This document shows positions 1-9,499 of a stretch of 64,000 nucleotides of DNA, one piece after another (within the stretch, counting starts at the first letter, position 1; every line of letters begins with the position of its first letter). This DNA comes from an uncultured bacterium (GTDB taxonomy: Bacteria > UBP14 > UBA6098 > B30-G16), in assembly GCA_965552135.1 (NCBI GenBank), contig CBEVQY010000002.1, positions 1-64,000 on the forward strand. The letters run 5' to 3'. The notes under the pieces are model-generated. The model made no database searches. It saw only the letters and a program-made list of their open reading frames with translations, and was not told where the DNA came from. A program made the translations under genes and the position numbers.

Positions 1-629
1 TTGTCGTCGGAATCTACGCGAATCACAACGCCCTGGTCGGAGTAAAGCGAAAGATTCCCGCCGCTTGCAGAGTGTATCGCACCCGAAATCGCACCAAAGC
101 GAAGGTCCCCTCCCCCAACGGTGAGATCACCAGTGGTGCTCACATCCGTCCCGTCGTTCTGAAGTGCGCTTGAAGCGACCCACGAAGTGCCGTCAAACCG
201 CAAAGTCTGATTCGCTGCGCCAGAAGGCAAACCAGCTCCCTCGGGAACGCTCAGCGCATAAGGCGCTGACCACAATCGCTCCGAACCCAAAAAGGTGTAG
301 TCGCTCTCCGTGGGCTTCTTCATAAACACCGCAAGATACAAACTGTCGTAGTCCAGATAGTCCGCAATGCCGTCGAGGACGACGGAGAAAAGCCCATCGT
401 CGACGGAAACGCCCGCCGTGTCACCCGAAGTCCACGCCAGGGTGTCGGCGGCATCGTCGAAGTCGCCGTCGCCGTTCGTGTCGGTGTAAAGCCTGAACCG
501 AAAGTCCCTCGTCCCCGTCACAGGTCCGCCGCCCTCAAATAGCTTGCCCTGATAGTTGATCCCATCGGGCGGCGTGGCAAAGACTACACAAAAGACGACC
601 AACGCCACCCAAAACGCTGCACGCCTCAT
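1..629 (-). CDS. Secreted tail-fibre/adhesin-like protein, N-terminal part (runs off the left edge; absent from the ORF track)
   Basis: Manual translation from ATG at 629 (GGAGG upstream): MRRAAFWVALVVFCVVFA signal-like segment, then INYQGKL...FRLY...DGLFSVVL...SAPYAL followed by G/S/T-rich beta-strand sequence (QTLRFDGTSWVAS, GDLTVGGGDL); no stop before position 1. Confidence 0.7.
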   Translation of the reverse strand, partial: MRRAAFWVALVVFCVVFATPPDGINYQGKLFEGGGPVTGTRDFRFRLYTDTNGDGDFDDAADTLAWTSGDTAGVSVDDGLFSVVLDGIADYLDYDSLYLAVFMKKPTESDYTFLGSERLWSAPYALSVPEGAGLPSGAANQTLRFDGTSWVASSALQNDGTDVSTTGDLTVGGGDLRFGAISGAIHSASGGNLSLYSDQGVVIRVDSDD

Positions 630-736
630 GTCCAAACACCTCCTTCTTCCCCTTTAATAAAAAATTGTAAAAAGAAAGCAAAGTTCAAGAGGAAGGCTTT
701 AACGCTAATGCAAAGCAAGACAAGGAGAAACAAGAG

Positions 737-808
737 AGGCGGCGACCGGATTCGAACCGGTGAATCGGGGCTTTGCAGGCCCCTGCCTTACCACTTGGCT
801 ACGCCGCC
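737..808 (-). tRNA. tRNA-Cys(GCA)
   Basis: Reverse complement GGCGGCGTAGCCAAGTGGTAAGGCAGGGGCCTGCAAAGCCCCGATTCACCGGTTCGAATCCGGTCGCCGCCT: cloverleaf, GCA anticodon, GTTCGAATCC T-arm; CCA not encoded. Confidence 0.96.
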
Positions 809-816
809 AATAAAAA

Positions 817-889
817 AGCGGGAGACGGGACTTGAACCCGCGACAACCACCTTGGCAAGGTGGCGCTCTACCACCTGAGCTACTCCCGC
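817..889 (-). tRNA. tRNA-Gly(GCC)
   Basis: Reverse complement GCGGGAGTAGCTCAGGTGGTAGAGCGCCACCTTGCCAAGGTGGTTGTCGCGGGTTCAAGTCCCGTCTCCCGCT: cloverleaf, GCC anticodon; CCA not encoded. Confidence 0.96.
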
Positions 890-900
890 TTCCAACTTAA

Positions 901-929
901 TAAATAACCCTCCACGCCGCGTGTGTCAA
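901..929 (-). promoter_or_regulatory. sigma70-like promoter for the tRNA-Gly/Cys pair
   Basis: TTGACA-17 nt-TATTTA on the minus strand just upstream of tRNA-Gly. Confidence 0.6.
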
Positions 930-975
930 GGGAAAAATTGAACCTGCAAAGTCACGCCGCAGGAGCACAAAAAGC

Positions 976-1004
976 TTGGATTGCGAAGCAAAACTTTTTA
1001 TACT
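976..1004 (+). promoter_or_regulatory. sigma70-like promoter for the gcvT operon
   Basis: TTGGAT-17 nt-TATACT. Confidence 0.45.
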
Positions 1005-1038
1005 AAAAGGTCCTTTTCGTGTAGCAAGGAGGGCATTG

Positions 1039-2163
1039 ATGGGTGAGCAGAAGCAAGCGAAAAAGACCCCGTTCTACGAGAAGCACGTTCTTCTCCATGC
1101 CAAGATGGTCGAGTTTGCTGGGTTTTTGATGCCGATGTTCTACGAGGGCATCGTTCCCGAGCATAAAGCCGTCAGGACGTCGGTGGGGATGTTCGACGTG
1201 TCGCACATGGGCGAGTTTTACGTCAAGGGTCCGGGTGCCCTCGAGTTCATCCAGAGGATGACGACGAACGACGCCTCGAAGCTCGTAGACTGGCGCGTTC
1301 AGTACTCCGCCATGCTCTACGATCACGGCGGAATAGTCGACGACCTTTTGGTCTACAGGCTTCCCGACAAGTTCATGCTCGTTGTCAACGCGGCAAACAT
1401 CGAGAAGGACTTCGAGTGGCTTCGGTCGCATCTTCCGCCCTCGGGCGTCGAGCTGTACAACGCCTCCGACGAGGTGGCGCTCCTTGCGGTGCAGGGACCG
1501 AACGCGCAGAAGGTCGTCCAAAAGCTTACAAACTTCGACCTCGAGCAGATAGACTATTATTGGTCGGCGGAGGTGGAGCTTGCCGGAGTCAAGATGCTCA
1601 TCTCAAGGACGGGCTACACGGGCGAGGACGGATTCGAACTCTACATGGATCCCTCCGTTGCCCACAAGATCTGGGACGCCGTGATGGAGGCGGGGCAGGA
1701 GGTCGGTCTAAAGCCCTGCGGGCTCGGCGCAAGAGATACCCTCAGGCTGGAGATGAGATACCTCCTCTACGGGAACGACATGGACGAGACCTGCAACCCC
1801 TACGAGGCGGGTCTGGGCTGGATAACGAAGCTTGAGAAGGGCGACTTCATCGGTCGTGAGGCGATAATAGACGCGAAGTCTGCGGGGCTTAAGAAGAGGC
1901 TGGCGTCGTTTGTGCTGCAGGAGCGAGGCTTTCCCAGACCCGGATACAAGGTCATCAAGGACGGCAAGGAGATAGGCTGGGTCACGAGCGGGACGTTCTC
2001 GCCGATGCTCGAGAAGGGGATTGGGCTTGCATATGTCCCTCCGCCTCTCGCCAAGCCAGGGAACACGTTCGAGATACTCATACGTGGCACCGCCGTGCCT
2101 GCAGTCACGATAAAGCCGCCGTTCTGGAAGGGCGGGTCGGTGAGGATCAAACGCTCGAAGTAG
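1039..2163 (+). CDS. gcvT: Glycine cleavage system aminomethyltransferase T
   Basis: KTPFYEKH, FDVSHMGE, SRTGYTGEDGFE, GLGARDTLRLE motifs; start moved to ATG 1039 behind AGGAGGG. Confidence 0.96.
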   Translation: MGEQKQAKKTPFYEKHVLLHAKMVEFAGFLMPMFYEGIVPEHKAVRTSVGMFDVSHMGEFYVKGPGALEFIQRMTTNDASKLVDWRVQYSAMLYDHGGIVDDLLVYRLPDKFMLVVNAANIEKDFEWLRSHLPPSGVELYNASDEVALLAVQGPNAQKVVQKLTNFDLEQIDYYWSAEVELAGVKMLISRTGYTGEDGFELYMDPSVAHKIWDAVMEAGQEVGLKPCGLGARDTLRLEMRYLLYGNDMDETCNPYEAGLGWITKLEKGDFIGREAIIDAKSAGLKKRLASFVLQERGFPRPGYKVIKDGKEIGWVTSGTFSPMLEKGIGLAYVPPPLAKPGNTFEILIRGTAVPAVTIKPPFWKGGSVRIKRSK

Positions 2164-2168
2164 GTGAG

Positions 2169-2918
2169 ATGAAGCCTCAGAGGGGCGTCGCTGTGACGAC
2201 GGCTTTTCTGCCCGCCGAGCTTTGTCGCTGGCGGGGAAAGCACTTCGACGTCGCCGCCGTTGTTGACGTCCTGCGGGCGACGACGACGCTCCTTTTCGCC
2301 ATCCGCGCAGGAGCAAAACGGATCATCCCCGCACCGTCAATACAAGAGGCTCAAAAGCTCTACGAAGAACTCGGAGGAGATGCCCTCCTTTGCGGTGAGC
2401 GGGGTGGGCGCAAGGTGCCCGGATTCCACCTGGGCAACTCCCCCTCGGAGTACACGCCCGAGGCGGTCGGCGGAAAAACGCTTATCTATGCCTCCACCAA
2501 CGGCAGCGTCCTTATGAGCGAGGTCGAGCGGGTTGCGCGGGAGAGCGTTTTGGTCAGTCTCCGCAACGTCGGCGCTGCGGCGAGCCTCATCGCCCAAAGA
2601 CAACCCAAAAGGATCCTCATAGCCTGCGCCGGGAAGGAGGGCGGAGCATCCCTCGAGGACATCTACGCTGCGGGTCTGCTTTTCGAAAGGCTGTCTTCAC
2701 TGGGCGTCCCCGTCTGCCCGCTGGACGACGGAACGAGGATAGCGCTCATAGTTCGGCGGCGCTTCGGCGACGACGTGGGCGAGCTTTTCGCCGCATCCGT
2801 CCACGGATCGTACCTCGGCAACGAGCTCGGGCTTTGGGACGACCTCGCCGCAGCATCAGCCATCGACGCCGACGAAATCGTCCCCATCGTGAAGGACGGA
2901 GAGGTCAAGCTTGCCTGA
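2169..2918 (+). CDS. comB: 2-phosphosulfolactate phosphatase family
   Basis: VVDVLRATTT, GERGG...GNSP, STNG, SLED motifs. Confidence 0.9.
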   Translation: MKPQRGVAVTTAFLPAELCRWRGKHFDVAAVVDVLRATTTLLFAIRAGAKRIIPAPSIQEAQKLYEELGGDALLCGERGGRKVPGFHLGNSPSEYTPEAVGGKTLIYASTNGSVLMSEVERVARESVLVSLRNVGAAASLIAQRQPKRILIACAGKEGGASLEDIYAAGLLFERLSSLGVPVCPLDDGTRIALIVRRRFGDDVGELFAASVHGSYLGNELGLWDDLAAASAIDADEIVPIVKDGEVKLA

Positions 2919-3696
2919 TATGCTTTCGACGAACAAGCTCAAGAAGGTTTTGCTGCGGCGGGTGGCGAAGACGGCTGCAGCGTTCGATATGTTCCCCGAC
3001 GAGGGGAGCGTGGTAGTCGGTTTCTCCGGCGGAGCCGACAGCGCCACGCTCGTCGACATACTCCACGAACTCGCCAAGCGCTGGCGCAAAAAAGTAAGGT
3101 TCGTCCCCGCTATGGTCGACGCAGGCTTCTTCGAGATACCCCAGGAAAGGATAAACGCCCTCGAGGACTTCTGCCGAAAGAGGGGGATGGAGCTTTCGGT
3201 CATAAGGTGCCACGAGATCTCGGAGCGCACAAGAAGCGAGCGGAATCCATTCCCACCGTGCTTCACGTGCTCGCGGATGAGGCGGAAGGCGCTCCTGGAG
3301 TTCGCCAACTCCATAGGCGCCCAAACGATAGCCTTGGGTCACCACCAGGACGACCTTCTGGAGACGTTTTTCCTGAACATCCTCCTCTCGCGGCGTATAA
3401 GCGCAATCCTGCCGAACCAGCCGCTTTTCGGCGGGCTTTTCCGTATAGTGCGACCAATGATCCTCGTCGAGGAAAAATACATCAAGCGCTACGCCTTGCT
3501 GCGAGCGTTCCCAACGATCGAAAAGAACTGCCCCTTCGCGGGGAACACCGAGCGGGAATGGATAAAGGGGCTTCTGCGGCGGATCGAGTCGGAAAGACCG
3601 GGGACGAGGAAGAACATCCTCCGCTCCCTCTTCCACCCCAAGCCGGAGTACCTGTGGGGGAGATATCGCCACCTCGCCGACAGGCTCCTTAGGTAG
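2911..3696 (+). CDS. ttcA: TtcA-family tRNA thiolation protein (PP-loop)
   Basis: SGGADS PP-loop, CFTCSRMRR, ALGHHQDD, IVRPM, C-terminal CP. Confidence 0.8.
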   Translation: MPDMLSTNKLKKVLLRRVAKTAAAFDMFPDEGSVVVGFSGGADSATLVDILHELAKRWRKKVRFVPAMVDAGFFEIPQERINALEDFCRKRGMELSVIRCHEISERTRSERNPFPPCFTCSRMRRKALLEFANSIGAQTIALGHHQDDLLETFFLNILLSRRISAILPNQPLFGGLFRIVRPMILVEEKYIKRYALLRAFPTIEKNCPFAGNTEREWIKGLLRRIESERPGTRKNILRSLFHPKPEYLWGRYRHLADRLLR

Positions 3697-3763
3697 AAAA
3701 GTGCTTTTCCAAGGCTAACAGTGCATTTATTTTTGTAGGGATGCCGGCGGCTTACGGAAGGGG

Positions 3764-4954
3764 GTGGATATGTCGCTTTTCGACAAGTGCTACAACTACA
3801 CGGCTGCGCGCGAAGTGGAGCGGATGGGGCTTTATCCGTACTTCCGGCCGATAACGACGGGACAGCACACCTGGGTCACCCTTGAGAACGGAAAGAAGGT
3901 TTTGATGATGGGCTCGAACAGCTACATGGGCTTAACCGACGATCCGCGGGTGATAGAGGCTGCGAAGGAGGCGCTTGAGAGGTACGGCACAGGCTGCGCG
4001 GGCTCACGCTTCCTCAACGGAACGCTATCGATCCACAGGGAGCTTGAGGAGGAGCTCGCCGACTTCGTCGGCAAGGAAGCCGCACTGCTCTACTCAACCG
4101 GGTTTATGGTCAACCAAGGGGTCATCTCGACCTTGGTGACGAAGGGCGAGTACGTCATAACCGACAAGCTCGACCATGCTTCGATAATCGACGGCGCGCT
4201 TCTTTCGAAGGGTCAGATGCTGCGCTTTCGCCACAACGATATGAACCACCTCGAGCAGCTTTTAAGAAGGCTTCCGCGCGAGGCGGGCAAGCTGATAGTC
4301 GTCGACGGCGTCTTTTCGATGGACGGCGACATAGCCAAGCTGCCGCAGATAGTCGACCTCGCGCAGAAGTACAACGCAGCCGTGATGTCGGATGATGCGC
4401 ATGCGCTGGGCGTTCTGGGTCCAAACGGAGAGGGCACCCCGGCACACTTCGGACTCACCGACAAGGTCGACATCATTATGGCAACGTTCAGCAAGTCGCT
4501 GGCGTCGATAGGTGGGTTTGTTGCCGCCGACGAGCCCGTGATACACTACCTCAAGCACCATTCCCGCGCGCTCATCTTCTCCGCAAGCCCGCCGCCAGCC
4601 TCAGTTGCTGCAGCCAAAAAAGCGCTGGAGATCATCAAAAAGGAGCCGTGGCGAAGGGAAAGGCTCTGGCAGATAACCAAGTTCATGCAGCGGGAGATAA
4701 AGAACCTCGGCTTCAACATAGGCGTTACGGAAACGCCCATAATCCCGATAATCGTCGGCGACATGATGACCGTTTTGCGCATGAACAAGATGCTCGAGGA
4801 CGAGGGAGTTTTCGTCAACCCTGTGGTTCCGCCCGCCGTTCAGCCGAACCAATGCCTCATAAGGCTTTCGTTTATGGCAACTCACACCGACGACGACCTC
4901 TGCTTTGCGCTCGACAAGCTCGAGAAGGTGGGCAAAAAGCTTGGGTTAATCTGA
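3764..4954 (+). CDS. Alpha-oxoamine synthase family PLP enzyme, most like bacterial serine palmitoyltransferase
   Basis: [48 protein letters not shown] (PLP Lys), IFSAS. Confidence 0.8.
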   Translation: MDMSLFDKCYNYTAAREVERMGLYPYFRPITTGQHTWVTLENGKKVLMMGSNSYMGLTDDPRVIEAAKEALERYGTGCAGSRFLNGTLSIHRELEEELADFVGKEAALLYSTGFMVNQGVISTLVTKGEYVITDKLDHASIIDGALLSKGQMLRFRHNDMNHLEQLLRRLPREAGKLIVVDGVFSMDGDIAKLPQIVDLAQKYNAAVMSDDAHALGVLGPNGEGTPAHFGLTDKVDIIMATFSKSLASIGGFVAADEPVIHYLKHHSRALIFSASPPPASVAAAKKALEIIKKEPWRRERLWQITKFMQREIKNLGFNIGVTETPIIPIIVGDMMTVLRMNKMLEDEGVFVNPVVPPAVQPNQCLIRLSFMATHTDDDLCFALDKLEKVGKKLGLI

Positions 4955-4964
4955 GGTTTGCGCG

Positions 4965-5435
4965 ATGAAGGCTTTCGTTCTGACGCTTGGGGCTTTCGCG
5001 CTGCTTGCCATCGCGATAACCCTTGGGCTCGGCAAAAGCGGAAGGAACGACTCCGAAGGCGGGGGCGAAGTCCTGCCCACCCTCTCCCTCGCGCTTTCCA
5101 CAAGGGAGCTTGTTGCGGGCGATACCGTTTGGCTCACACTCTGGGTAAAGAATCCCTCCCCAGACACCCTGCGCGTAACTCTGCCCTCGCCCCTGGGCGC
5201 AAGGTTCACCATATACCGGGGCGCAAGACCAGTATGGCGCTCCGACTACGGGGTAATGTTTATCCAGGTCCTCACGCCGCTTGCGATACCGCCGAAGGAC
5301 TCGATCCCGTTCAGGTCGTTTTGGACTGGCAAGGACAACGCTGCGCGCTGGCTCCCGCTGGGAAAGTACACCGTCGAGGCGTGCTTTACCGCAAACAAAC
5401 GCTGCCTCGTCGACAGCCTATGGCTTGTGGACTAA
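4965..5435 (+). CDS. Exported BsuPI-like (Ig-fold proteinase-inhibitor domain) protein
   Basis: N-terminal hydrophobic segment; LTLWVKNPS...VWRSD...FIQVL...W...GKY pattern. Confidence 0.6.
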   Translation: MKAFVLTLGAFALLAIAITLGLGKSGRNDSEGGGEVLPTLSLALSTRELVAGDTVWLTLWVKNPSPDTLRVTLPSPLGARFTIYRGARPVWRSDYGVMFIQVLTPLAIPPKDSIPFRSFWTGKDNAARWLPLGKYTVEACFTANKRCLVDSLWLVD

Positions 5436-5463
5436 AAGCAACCTCTTCCATCAAAAATTCCTC

Positions 5464-5493
5464 TTGACACAACAACAAGATAAATCATTATCA
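5464..5493 (+). promoter_or_regulatory. Promoter with an overlapping Fur-box-like sequence
   Basis: TTGACA at 5464; GATAAATCATTATCA at 5479-5493 overlaps the -10 position immediately before the GTG start of a metal permease. Confidence 0.4.
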
Positions 5494-5497
5494 GAAC

Positions 5498-6715
5498 GTG
5501 AGGCTCGTTTGGCACATACTCGAGGAGATCTGGAGGTTTTTGCTCGTCATAAGCCCGTGGCTTTTGGTGGGCTTTTTGGTTTCGGGCGTCATCCACGCCT
5601 TTGTGAGCGAGGCATTCATCAGGCGGCATCTGGGAGGCTCGAGGTTCGCTTCGGTTGTCAAGGCGACGCTTTTGGGGATACCGCTTCCCATCTGCTCCTG
5701 CGGGGTGATACCGCTTGCCGCGGGTTTGCGGAAGGACGGTGCATCCCGCGCGGCGACGATGTCGTTCCTCGTCTCGACGCCAACAACGGGCGCAGATTCG
5801 ATCTTCGTCACATATGCCTTCCTCGGGCTCGCCTTCGCGATAATAAGACCCTTTGCGGCGCTTTTGGCTGGCGTCCTGATCGGCGCCGTTATGCTTGCCA
5901 TCCGCGACGGAGAAAAGACCGCCAAAAGCTTTCCCATCTGCCAGGCTAAACACTCCATCCCCCTTGTCGACAGGATAGCCGAGCTTTTCAACTACGGCTT
6001 CCGCGTTCTGCCCGGGGATATTGGCAAGACGGTGCTTTTGGGCGTTTGTGTGGGCGGGGTTATATCCGCCGCGGTGCCCGAGGATATATCGAGAAACATA
6101 CTCTCAAACCCCCTTGTAGCCTATCCTCTGATGCTTGCCGTTGCCGTTCCCGTTTACGTTTGCGCCACGGGCTCCGTGCCGATAGTGGCTGCGATGATGG
6201 CGAAGGGTCTTGCGCCCGGCGCGGCTATGGTCTTCCTCATCGCCGGACCAGCCACAAACACAATAACCCTTGCCTTCGTTGCGAAGAGCTTGGGCAAAAA
6301 GGCTTTGGTCGCATACCTTTGGGCGATAACGATGGTCGCGCTTGGCGTCGGAATAGCCACCGATATCCTGATATCCCCTTCCAACGCGCAGTCTGCGGCT
6401 CTTTCGGGCGGAAAGCTCCCCCTGTGGCTGCGGCTGCCATCGGCTGTGGTCTTCCTCCTGCTTGTTGCCGTCAGCCTAAAGCGCAAGCAGAAGGGGATTG
6501 AGGGGATGAGGCACTCTCTCCGCGTGCCCGCGGTAAGCTGCAAGGAGTGCCGCCTCACCATAAAGAGTGCGCTTCGCAGGGTTCCGGGCGTGGACCAGGT
6601 TGTGGTTTGCGTGGACGAGAGGAAGGTCTTTGTCGACGGCGACGTCGCCAGGGAGACGCTGGTTCGGAAGATCAGGGACGCCGGCTTCGAGGTCGAGAGC
6701 GCCGCGGAGGCGTAG
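5498..6715 (+). CDS. SO_0444/ArsP (DUF318)-type permease with C-terminal heavy-metal-associated domain
   Basis: PLPICSCGVIP and YVCATGSVP motifs, multiple TM helices, C-terminal VSCKEC HMA motif. Confidence 0.88.
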   Translation: MRLVWHILEEIWRFLLVISPWLLVGFLVSGVIHAFVSEAFIRRHLGGSRFASVVKATLLGIPLPICSCGVIPLAAGLRKDGASRAATMSFLVSTPTTGADSIFVTYAFLGLAFAIIRPFAALLAGVLIGAVMLAIRDGEKTAKSFPICQAKHSIPLVDRIAELFNYGFRVLPGDIGKTVLLGVCVGGVISAAVPEDISRNILSNPLVAYPLMLAVAVPVYVCATGSVPIVAAMMAKGLAPGAAMVFLIAGPATNTITLAFVAKSLGKKALVAYLWAITMVALGVGIATDILISPSNAQSAALSGGKLPLWLRLPSAVVFLLLVAVSLKRKQKGIEGMRHSLRVPAVSCKECRLTIKSALRRVPGVDQVVVCVDERKVFVDGDVARETLVRKIRDAGFEVESAAEA

Positions 6716-6770
6716 GCGCCGGCAAGCGCGCTGGTGCAAATGGGCAGCCGCAGGCTTTGCCGATGCCTGA

Positions 6771-7622
6771 TCACAGAAACTTCTTCACCGCCGCCCGGCT
6801 GCCGATGGTGCCAAAAAGCATCCCCAAAAGCGCAATGCCGTACATCAAAGCCCTGGGCGGCATCTGGACGGTGGGCGAAAGCCTTCCTGTTGCGGCGACA
6901 AGCCCCCAAAGCGCCAAAGCGGCGACGACGCCCGCCAAGCTCCCCTCAACGAACCCCTCCACCGAAAACGGGCGCTTTATGAAGGCATCGGTGGCGCCGA
7001 CGAGGCGCATTATCTCGATGCTCGCGCGCCTGCCGTAAATGGCAAGCTTTATCGTGTTCGTAACAACGACGACACCGCCAAAAAGCAATATCAAGCCCCA
7101 CACGACGGTGAGGATGGTGAAGATCCTGAGCGCCTTCGAGAGCTTTGCCGCAACCTCGCTCGGAACAGCGACCTCAACGACGTGCGGGAAGGACCTGTAT
7201 CTCTCCCCTATCTTCTTCGCCAGCTCCGCCAAGCCCACGCCGGGCTTGAGCCGCACAACGACAGAGGGCGGGAAGGGGTTTTCCTCAAGTCCTACGAGGA
7301 ACTCCCGCCCGAACATCGCCGAGAACCTGCGCATGGCGTCGGCTTTCGTCACAAACTCAACGTCCAAAACGCCCTCGGTCGAGGAGAGCTCGTGAAGCAT
7401 ATCGACGACATCGGACTTCGTCGTATCGTCCGCAAGGAAGATTTCGACCACAAGCTTTTCCTGCATCGCCAAAAGGACGCCCCGCAAGTTTATCGCCACC
7501 GTGGCAAAAAGCCCCAGGACAAACAAAGCCGCCGCTATCGTGAGGACCGAAAGGAAGGTCACGAACCTGTGCCGCCAAAGCGAGCGAAAAGCCTCGGATA
7601 TTGCGAAAAGCCAGGCAGACAT
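6771..7622 (-). CDS. ftsX: Cell division permease FtsX
   Basis: TM1, periplasmic ENPFP, NTIKLAI..RR..IEIMRLVGAT..FIKRPF..EG. Confidence 0.92.
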   Translation of the reverse strand: MSAWLFAISEAFRSLWRHRFVTFLSVLTIAAALFVLGLFATVAINLRGVLLAMQEKLVVEIFLADDTTKSDVVDMLHELSSTEGVLDVEFVTKADAMRRFSAMFGREFLVGLEENPFPPSVVVRLKPGVGLAELAKKIGERYRSFPHVVEVAVPSEVAAKLSKALRIFTILTVVWGLILLFGGVVVVTNTIKLAIYGRRASIEIMRLVGATDAFIKRPFSVEGFVEGSLAGVVAALALWGLVAATGRLSPTVQMPPRALMYGIALLGMLFGTIGSRAAVKKFL

Positions 7623-7623
7623 A

Positions 7624-8628
7624 TCACTTCACCCGCTCGCCGGAGAAGTACATCTCCCTGAAGAACTGTCCCTTCGGGAAGATCCCGAAGATACCTCCCG
7701 TGTGCCAAAGCACGAGCGTGCTCCCCTGCGGGATCTCTCCGCTTTTGACGAGCTCAAAAGCCGCCCGAAAGGCTTTGCCGGTGTAGGTGGGATCGAGTAT
7801 AATGCCCTCGCGCCTGGCGAAGTCGGCTATGAACGAGGCGACATCCTCGTCAATGATGCCGTAGCCTCTGCCCCAAAAGCCGTCCACAAGGTCGATTTCG
7901 GCTGGGTCAAGAGTCTGCTCCAGCCCGAAGCGCTCTGCGAAGTCGGAGGTTATCTTCTGTATGTGTTCGCGCTGTTCCTGCGGCTTTGGTCCAGCGGTTA
8001 TGCCCAAAAGCTTCGCCCCAACGCCGAAGACCTTAAACCCGATCCAGAGCCCGGCGTAGGTTCCGCCGCTTCCCGACGGGACTACGACGAAATCCGGTTC
8101 AAAGCCCGCCTCCTTGATCTGCGCGGAAAACTCCCGCGCAGCGTTCACGTAGCCCCATATCCCCAGCGCGTTCGAGCCGCCCTCGGGGATGACGTAGGGT
8201 CGCTTTCCGGAAAGGCGGAGCGCCTCCGCCTCCTCGGCGAGGATCTCGTCGCGGCGCTCGTACTCCTCGGGCGTAACCCACCGGAAGGTCGCGCCCAGAA
8301 TCAGATCCAAAAGCCAGTTGCCCGTTGGACCTTCGCCGGTTCTGCGGAGAACGAGGTGCACGTCCATCCCAAGCCTTCTTGCGACCACAGCCGTCGCCCT
8401 GCTGTGGTTCGACTGCTCCCCGCCGCAGGTTATAAGCGTGTCGGCGCCCTGGGCAAAAGCCTCGGCAACAAGATACTCGAGCTTGCGGATCTTGTTCCCA
8501 GTCTCGGCGGTGCCCGTGAGATCATCGCGCTTCACCCAGACCTCAACGCCCAAAAGCTCGCTTGTGCGCTCCAAGCGGTAGAAGGGCGTTGGGAGCAACG
8601 CAAGCTTCAGCCGTTCAGGCTCCCTCAT
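7624..8628 (-). CDS. D-cysteine desulfhydrase / ACC deaminase family PLP enzyme
   Basis: KRDDLTG...GNKIRKLEY, QSNH, IPEGGSN, GSGGT, LDPTYTGKA, HTGG. Confidence 0.9.
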   Translation of the reverse strand: MREPERLKLALLPTPFYRLERTSELLGVEVWVKRDDLTGTAETGNKIRKLEYLVAEAFAQGADTLITCGGEQSNHSRATAVVARRLGMDVHLVLRRTGEGPTGNWLLDLILGATFRWVTPEEYERRDEILAEEAEALRLSGKRPYVIPEGGSNALGIWGYVNAAREFSAQIKEAGFEPDFVVVPSGSGGTYAGLWIGFKVFGVGAKLLGITAGPKPQEQREHIQKITSDFAERFGLEQTLDPAEIDLVDGFWGRGYGIIDEDVASFIADFARREGIILDPTYTGKAFRAAFELVKSGEIPQGSTLVLWHTGGIFGIFPKGQFFREMYFSGERVK

Positions 8629-8643
8629 AACAACCTCCCGGGG

Positions 8644-9489
8644 TTATCTTGTCGCCTTTACGCGTTGTTCGTAATATTGCAAAAGCCCCTCGTACACCTC
8701 GTAGGGCACTTTATATATTCCCAAAAGTGGCTCGCCGCGGGTGAGGCCGTGGCAGTCGGACCCGCCGGTTATCACGAGGTTGTGTTTGCGCGCATACTCC
8801 TTGAGCCATTCGACCTGGTGCGGCTTGTGCTGCGGATAGTAGACCTCGACGCCGTCGATGCCGAGGGAGCGGATGTCGTCTATTCTCTCCATGCAACCTT
8901 CGGTCACGGGGCAGTGTGCGATGACGGCAACTCCGCCCGCCCGGTGGATGATCTCGATGGCCTCCTTGGGCTCGGGCGCCCAGCGCGGGACGTAGGCGGG
9001 CTTGCCGTAGGCGAGGTAGAGGTCGAACGCGTCCTGCACGGTGGGAACGAACCCGAGCTTGACCATCGCCCTGGCGATGTGCGGTCTGCCGACAGAGGCG
9101 GCGTCTCCGGCAAGCTCGAAGACCAAAGCGGGATCAACGGGCTTGCCAAGCTCCTTAAGCTTTGCGCAGACCCTGTAGATCCTTCCCCTGCGTGACTCCT
9201 GGAGCCTGTCCAGAAGTGAGCGCACCGCGGGAGCATCGGGGTCGATGAAGTAGCCGAGGATGTGCATTCGCCCGTGCAGCCAAGCGGTGGATATCTCGAT
9301 CCCCGGGACGAAGTCTATGCCGGCTTTCTGCGCGGCAGCCATCCCCTCGGCTATGCCGCCTACGGCGTCGTGGTCGGTTATCGATATCGCCGCAAGCTCG
9401 TACCTCGCAGCCCTGTCGACTATCTCGGCCGGCGTCCAGCTGCCGTCGGAGTAGCTCGAGTGGATGTGAAGGTCGACGTACCTCTTCAT
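8644..9489 (-). CDS. PHP-domain phosphoesterase (TrpH/YciV-like)
   Basis: DLHIHSSYSDG, ITDHD, HILGY, GRPHIA, GGSDCHG. Confidence 0.9.
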   Translation of the reverse strand: MKRYVDLHIHSSYSDGSWTPAEIVDRAARYELAAISITDHDAVGGIAEGMAAAQKAGIDFVPGIEISTAWLHGRMHILGYFIDPDAPAVRSLLDRLQESRRGRIYRVCAKLKELGKPVDPALVFELAGDAASVGRPHIARAMVKLGFVPTVQDAFDLYLAYGKPAYVPRWAPEPKEAIEIIHRAGGVAVIAHCPVTEGCMERIDDIRSLGIDGVEVYYPQHKPHQVEWLKEYARKHNLVITGGSDCHGLTRGEPLLGIYKVPYEVYEGLLQYYEQRVKATR

Positions 9490-9499
9490 CGGCGAAAAA

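Noticed and set aside
1..629. Prophage call based on the tail-fibre-like protein
   Set aside because: The protein has a Sec-type signal peptide, and no phage structural, integrase or replication genes are visible
2169..2918. comB as evidence of coenzyme M biosynthesis
   Set aside because: No comA/C/D/E nearby; stand-alone ComB-family phosphatases are common in bacteria
7501..9195. 564-aa plus-strand ORF
   Set aside because: Antisense shadow of ftsX, the D-cysteine desulfhydrase and the PHP gene; no recognisable motifs; long shadow ORFs are expected in GC-rich coding DNA
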